Of a stretch of 64,000 bases of DNA, positions 58,212 through 64,000 are shown piece by piece. The stretch is taken from assembly GCF_058153355.1 (NCBI RefSeq), contig NZ_CM177019.1. One strand, 5' to 3'. The translations under genes and the position numbers were made by a program. The notes below the pieces were generated by a model that was not told where the DNA came from, did not search any database, and worked only from the letters and a program-made list of their open reading frames with translations. Numbering within the stretch: position 1 is the first letter of the stretch; each line of letters starts with the position of its first letter.

Positions 58212-58922
58212 ATGGCAACCACTCATTTGGATGTTTGCGCCGTGGTTCCGGCGGCCGGATTTGGCCGTCGAATGCAAACGGAATGTCCTAAGCAATATCT
58301 CTCAATCGGTAATCAAACCATTCTTGAACACTCGGTGCATGCGCTGCTGGCGCATCCCCGGGTGACTCGTGTCGTCATTGCCATAAGTCCTGGCGATAGC
58401 CGCTTTGCACAACTTCCTCTGGCGAATCATCCGCAAATCACCGTTGTAGATGGCGGTAATGAGCGTGCCGATTCCGTGCTGGCAGGTCTGAAAGCCGCTG
58501 ACGGCGCGCAGTGGGTATTGGTGCATGACGCCGCTCGTCCTTGTCTGCATCAGGATGACCTTGCGCGATTGTTGGCGTTGAGCGAAACCAGTCGCACAGG
58601 GGGGATCCTCGCCGCACCGGTGCGCGATACCATGAAACGTGCCGAACCTGGCAAAAATGCCATTGCTCATACCGTTGATCGCAACGGCTTATGGCACGCG
58701 CTGACGCCGCAATTTTTCCCTCGTGAGCTGTTACATGACTGTCTGACGCGCGCTTTAAATGAAGGTGCGACTATTACCGACGAAGCCTCGGCGCTGGAAT
58801 ATTGCGGATTCCATCCGCAGTTGGTCGAAGGCCGCGCGGATAACATTAAAGTCACGCGTCCGGAAGATTTGGCACTGGCCGAGTTTTACCTCACCCGAAC
58901 CATCCATCAGGAGAATACATAA
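58212..58922 (+). CDS. ispD: 2-C-methyl-D-erythritol 4-phosphate cytidylyltransferase
   Basis: 236-aa ORF recognised as IspD. Confidence 0.95.
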   Translation: MATTHLDVCAVVPAAGFGRRMQTECPKQYLSIGNQTILEHSVHALLAHPRVTRVVIAISPGDSRFAQLPLANHPQITVVDGGNERADSVLAGLKAADGAQWVLVHDAARPCLHQDDLARLLALSETSRTGGILAAPVRDTMKRAEPGKNAIAHTVDRNGLWHALTPQFFPRELLHDCLTRALNEGATITDEASALEYCGFHPQLVEGRADNIKVTRPEDLALAEFYLTRTIHQENT

Positions 58923-59401
58923 TGCGAATTGGACACGGTTTTGACGTACACGCCTTTGGCGGTGAAGGCCCAATTATCATTGGTGGCGTACGCATTCCTT
59001 ACGAAAAAGGGTTGCTGGCGCATTCTGATGGCGACGTGGCGTTACATGCACTGACCGATGCATTGCTTGGTGCAGCGGCGTTGGGGGATATCGGCAAGCT
59101 GTTCCCGGATACCGATCCATCATTTAAAGGGGCCGACAGCCGCGAATTGCTGCGCGAAGCCTGGCGTCGTATTCAGGCGAAGGGTTATACCCTTGGTAAC
59201 GTCGATGTCACTATCATCGCTCAGGCACCGAAGATGTTGCCGCATATTCCACAAATGCGCGTGTTTATTGCCGAAGATCTCGGCTGCCATATGGATGATG
59301 TTAACGTGAAAGCCACTACTACGGAAAAATTAGGATTTACCGGGCGTGGGGAAGGGATTGCCTGTGAAGCGGTGGCGCTACTCATTAAGGCAACAAAATG
59401 A
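58922..59401 (+). CDS. ispF: 2-C-methyl-D-erythritol 2,4-cyclodiphosphate synthase
   Basis: 159-aa ORF recognised as IspF ([12 protein letters not shown]...). Confidence 0.95.
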   Translation: MRIGHGFDVHAFGGEGPIIIGGVRIPYEKGLLAHSDGDVALHALTDALLGAAALGDIGKLFPDTDPSFKGADSRELLREAWRRIQAKGYTLGNVDVTIIAQAPKMLPHIPQMRVFIAEDLGCHMDDVNVKATTTEKLGFTGRGEGIACEAVALLIKATK

Positions 59402-60427
59402 TTGAGTTTGATAATCTCACTTACCTCCACGGTAAACCGCAAGGTACCGGGCTGCTGAAAGCCAATCCGGAAGACTTTGTGGTGGTGGAAGATTTGGGCT
59501 TTGAGCCTGATGGTGAAGGTGAGCATATTCTGGTTAGAATCCTCAAAAACGGCTGTAATACCCGTTTTGTGGCGGATGCACTGGCGAAATTCCTGAAAAT
59601 TCATGCCCGTGAAGTCAGCTTCGCTGGGCAAAAAGACAAACATGCTGTTACGGAACAGTGGTTATGCGCTCGCGTGCCAGGCAAAGAGATGCCCGATCTC
59701 AGTGCTTTTCAACTGGAAGGTTGTCAGGTGCTGGAGTATGCGCGGCACAAGCGTAAGCTGCGTTTAGGGGCGCTGAAAGGTAACGCTTTTACCCTGGTAC
59801 TCCGCGAAGTGAGCAATCGTGATGACGTTGAACAACGTCTGATCGATATTTGCGTAAAAGGTGTACCGAACTACTTTGGTGCCCAACGTTTTGGTATTAG
59901 CGGCAGCAACTTGCAGGGTGCGCTGCGCTGGGCGCAAACCCATACTCCGGTGCGTGATCGCAATAAACGGAGTTTTTGGTTGTCGGCAGCCCGCAGTGCG
60001 TTGTTTAATCAGATTGTTGCTGAGCGCCTCAAAAAAGCAGACGTTAATCAAGTTGTTGACGGCGATGCGCTACAATTAGCCGGACGTGGTAGCTGGTTTG
60101 TTGCAACCACCGAAGAACTGGCGGAATTACAGCGTCGCGTCAACGATAAAGAGCTGATGATTACTGCTGCATTGCCGGGCAGTGGCGAATGGGGAACTCA
60201 GCGTGAAGCGCTGGCATTCGAACAAGCAGCTGTCGCCGAAGAAACTGAATTGCAAGCCTTACTGGTGCGCGAAAAAGTTGAAGCCGCGCGCAGAGCGATG
60301 CTGCTGTATCCGCAACAATTAAGCTGGAACTGGTGGGATGACGTCACCGTAGAAATCCGTTTCTGGCTTCCGGCAGGCAGTTTTGCGACCAGCGTTGTCA
60401 GGGAACTTATCAACACAACAGGTGATT

Positions 60428-60447
<20 letters not shown>
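59398..60447 (+). CDS. truD: tRNA pseudouridine(13) synthase
   Basis: 349-aa ORF recognised as TruD. Confidence 0.93.
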
Positions 60448-61809
<1,362 letters not shown>

Positions 61810-61948
61810 AACGTGAGGAAATACCTGGATTTTTCCTGGTTATTTTGCCGCAGGTCAGCGTATCGTGAACATCTTTTCCAGTGTTCAGTATGGTGCCTTG
61901 CACGGTAATTATGTCACTGGTTATTAACCAATTTTTCTTGGGGGATAA

Positions 61949-63088
61949 ATGAGCGCGGGAAGCCCAAAATTCACCGTTCGCCGCATTGCGGCTTTGTCAC
62001 TGGTTTCGCTATGGCTGGCAGGCTGTTCTGACACTTCAAATCCACCGGCACCGGTCAGCTCCGTTAATGGCAATGCGTCTGCAAACACCAATTCTGGTAT
62101 GTTGATTACGCCGCCGCCGAAAATGGGGACGACGTCTACAACGCAGCAACCGCAAATTCAGCCGGTACAGCAGCCACAAATTCAATCTGCACAACAACCG
62201 CAAATCCAGCCGGTGCAGCCAGTTGCTCAGCCGCCGGTACAGATGGAAAACGGACGCATCGTCTACAACCGTCAGTATGGGAACATTCCGAAAGGCAGTT
62301 ATAGCGGCAGTACATACACCGTGAAAAAAGGCGACACACTTTTCTATATCGCCTGGATTACTGGCAATGATTTCCGTGACCTTGCTCAGCGCAACAATAT
62401 TCAGGCACCATACGCGCTGAATGTAGGTCAGACCTTACAGGTGGGTAATGCTTCCGGTACGCCAATCACTGGTGGAAATGCCATTACCCAGGCCGATGCA
62501 GCAGAGCAAGGAGTTGTGATCAAGCCTGCACAAAATTCCACCGTTGCTGTTGCGTCGCAACCGACAATTACGTATTCTGAGTCTTCGGGTGAACAGAGTG
62601 CTAACAAAATGTTGCCGAACAACAAGCCAACTGGGACCACGGTCACAGCGCCTGTAACGGTACCAACAGCAAGCACAACCGAGCCGACTGTCAGCAGTAC
62701 ATCAACCAGTACGCCTATCTCCACCTGGCGCTGGCCGACTGAGGGCAAAGTGATCGAAACTTTTGGTGCTTCTGAGGGGGGCAACAAGGGGATTGATATC
62801 GCGGGCAGCAAAGGACAGGCAATTATCGCGACCGCAGATGGCCGCGTTGTTTATGCTGGTAACGCGCTGCGCGGCTACGGTAATCTGATTATCATCAAAC
62901 ATAATGATGATTACCTGAGTGCCTACGCCCATAACGACACAATGCTGGTCCGGGAACAACAAGAAGTGAAGGCGGGGCAAAAAATAGCGACTATGGGTAG
63001 CACCGGAACCAGTTCAACACGCTTGCATTTTGAAATTCGTTACAAGGGGAAATCCGTAAACCCGCTGCGCTATTTGCCGCAGCGATAA
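61949..63088 (+). CDS. nlpD: murein hydrolase activator lipoprotein NlpD (LysM + M23)
   Basis: 379-aa ORF; lipobox LAGC, Q/P-rich tandem repeats, LysM and degenerate M23 domain. Confidence 0.95.
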   Translation: MSAGSPKFTVRRIAALSLVSLWLAGCSDTSNPPAPVSSVNGNASANTNSGMLITPPPKMGTTSTTQQPQIQPVQQPQIQSAQQPQIQPVQPVAQPPVQMENGRIVYNRQYGNIPKGSYSGSTYTVKKGDTLFYIAWITGNDFRDLAQRNNIQAPYALNVGQTLQVGNASGTPITGGNAITQADAAEQGVVIKPAQNSTVAVASQPTITYSESSGEQSANKMLPNNKPTGTTVTAPVTVPTASTTEPTVSSTSTSTPISTWRWPTEGKVIETFGASEGGNKGIDIAGSKGQAIIATADGRVVYAGNALRGYGNLIIIKHNDDYLSAYAHNDTMLVREQQEVKAGQKIATMGSTGTSSTRLHFEIRYKGKSVNPLRYLPQR

Positions 63089-63150
63089 ATCGGCGGAACC
63101 AGGCTTTTGCTTGAATGTTCCGTCAAGGGATCACGGGTAGGAGCCACCTT

Positions 63151-64000
63151 ATGAGTCAGAATACGCTGAAAGTTCATGATTTAAATGAAGATGCGGAATT
63201 TGATGAGAACGGAGTTGAGGTTTTTGACGAAAAGGCCTTAGTAGAAGAGGAACCCAGTGATAACGATTTGGCCGAAGAGGAACTGTTATCGCAAGGGGCC
63301 ACACAGCGTGTGTTGGACGCGACTCAGCTTTACCTTGGTGAGATTGGTTATTCACCACTGTTAACGGCCGAAGAAGAAGTTTATTTTGCGCGTCGCGCAC
63401 TGCGAGGAGATGTTGCCTCCCGCCGCCGGATGATCGAGAGTAACTTACGTCTGGTGGTAAAAATTGCCCGCCGTTATGGCAATCGTGGTCTGGCTTTGCT
63501 GGATCTTATCGAAGAGGGCAACCTGGGGCTGATCCGCGCGGTAGAGAAGTTTGACCCGGAACGTGGTTTCCGCTTCTCAACATACGCAACCTGGTGGATT
63601 CGCCAGACGATCGAACGGGCGATTATGAACCAAACCCGTACTATTCGTTTGCCGATTCACATCGTAAAGGAGCTGAACGTTTACCTGCGAACCGCACGTG
63701 AGTTGTCCCATAAGCTGGACCACGAACCAAGTGCGGAAGAGATCGCAGAGCAGCTGGATAAGCCAGTTGATGACGTCAGCCGTATGCTTCGTCTTAACGA
63801 GCGCATTACCTCGGTAGACACCCCGCTGGGTGGAGATTCCGAAAAAGCGTTGCTGGACATCCTGGCCGATGAAAAAGAAAACGGCCCGGAAGATACCACG
63901 CAAGATGACGATATGAAACAAAGCATCGTCAAATGGCTGTTCGAACTGAACGCCAAACAGCGTGAAGTACTGGCACGTCGATTCGGTTTGCTGGGGTACG
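63151..64000 (+). CDS. rpoS: RNA polymerase sigma factor RpoS, 5' part (runs off the window end)
   Basis: Not in the ORF track (no stop inside the window). ATG at 63151 with GGAG upstream; translation [30 protein letters not shown]... matches RpoS; no premature stop within the 283 codons present. Confidence 0.93.
   Translation, partial: MSQNTLKVHDLNEDAEFDENGVEVFDEKALVEEEPSDNDLAEEELLSQGATQRVLDATQLYLGEIGYSPLLTAEEEVYFARRALRGDVASRRRMIESNLRLVVKIARRYGNRGLALLDLIEEGNLGLIRAVEKFDPERGFRFSTYATWWIRQTIERAIMNQTRTIRLPIHIVKELNVYLRTARELSHKLDHEPSAEEIAEQLDKPVDDVSRMLRLNERITSVDTPLGGDSEKALLDILADEKENGPEDTTQDDDMKQSIVKWLFELNAKQREVLARRFGLLGY

Overview
Escherichia coli-type chromosomal segment, collinear (as reverse complement) with the K-12 rpoS–cysDNC–cysJIH–ygc–eno–pyrG–relA–barA–gud–csrB–sdaCB–fuc region. 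All gene names are recognised from the translated ORFs by memory; no database search was run. Most of the window is conserved core: the fuc operon, xni, sdaCB, ppnN, queF, syd, the CsrB sRNA, yqcC-truC-yqcA, gudPXD, barA, rlmD, relA, mazG, pyrG, eno, queE, queD, cysJIH, iap, cysDNC, ygbE-ftsB-ispDF-truD-surE-pcm-nlpD and the 5' part of rpoS. Against that backbone there are several strain-specific differences. (1) Between eno and queE sits a four-gene minus-strand operon, a lipoprotein LemA-family gene followed by three paralogous TPM-domain membrane proteins with Gly/Ser-rich tails ending in SGRW, where K-12 has a single ygcG as I recall; I rate this the best candidate for an uncharacterised system. 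(2) An IS4 copy is inserted into the eno/TPM terminator hairpin with a target-site duplication. (3) The type I-E CRISPR-Cas locus is reduced to a cas3 pseudogene (in-frame TAG, 3' truncated) fused to a three-repeat, two-spacer array. (4) mazEF is absent between relA and mazG. (5) A Hok-family toxin ORF, missing from the ORF track because it is only 50 codons, lies between cysH and cas3. (6) The ygcNOPQRSUW-yqcE-ygcE cluster shows a CRP-type palindrome and intrinsic-terminator-like hairpins in both divergent leaders, suggesting attenuation by the GlpP-like YgcP. Many long ORFs in the track are antisense shadows of real genes and were rejected.
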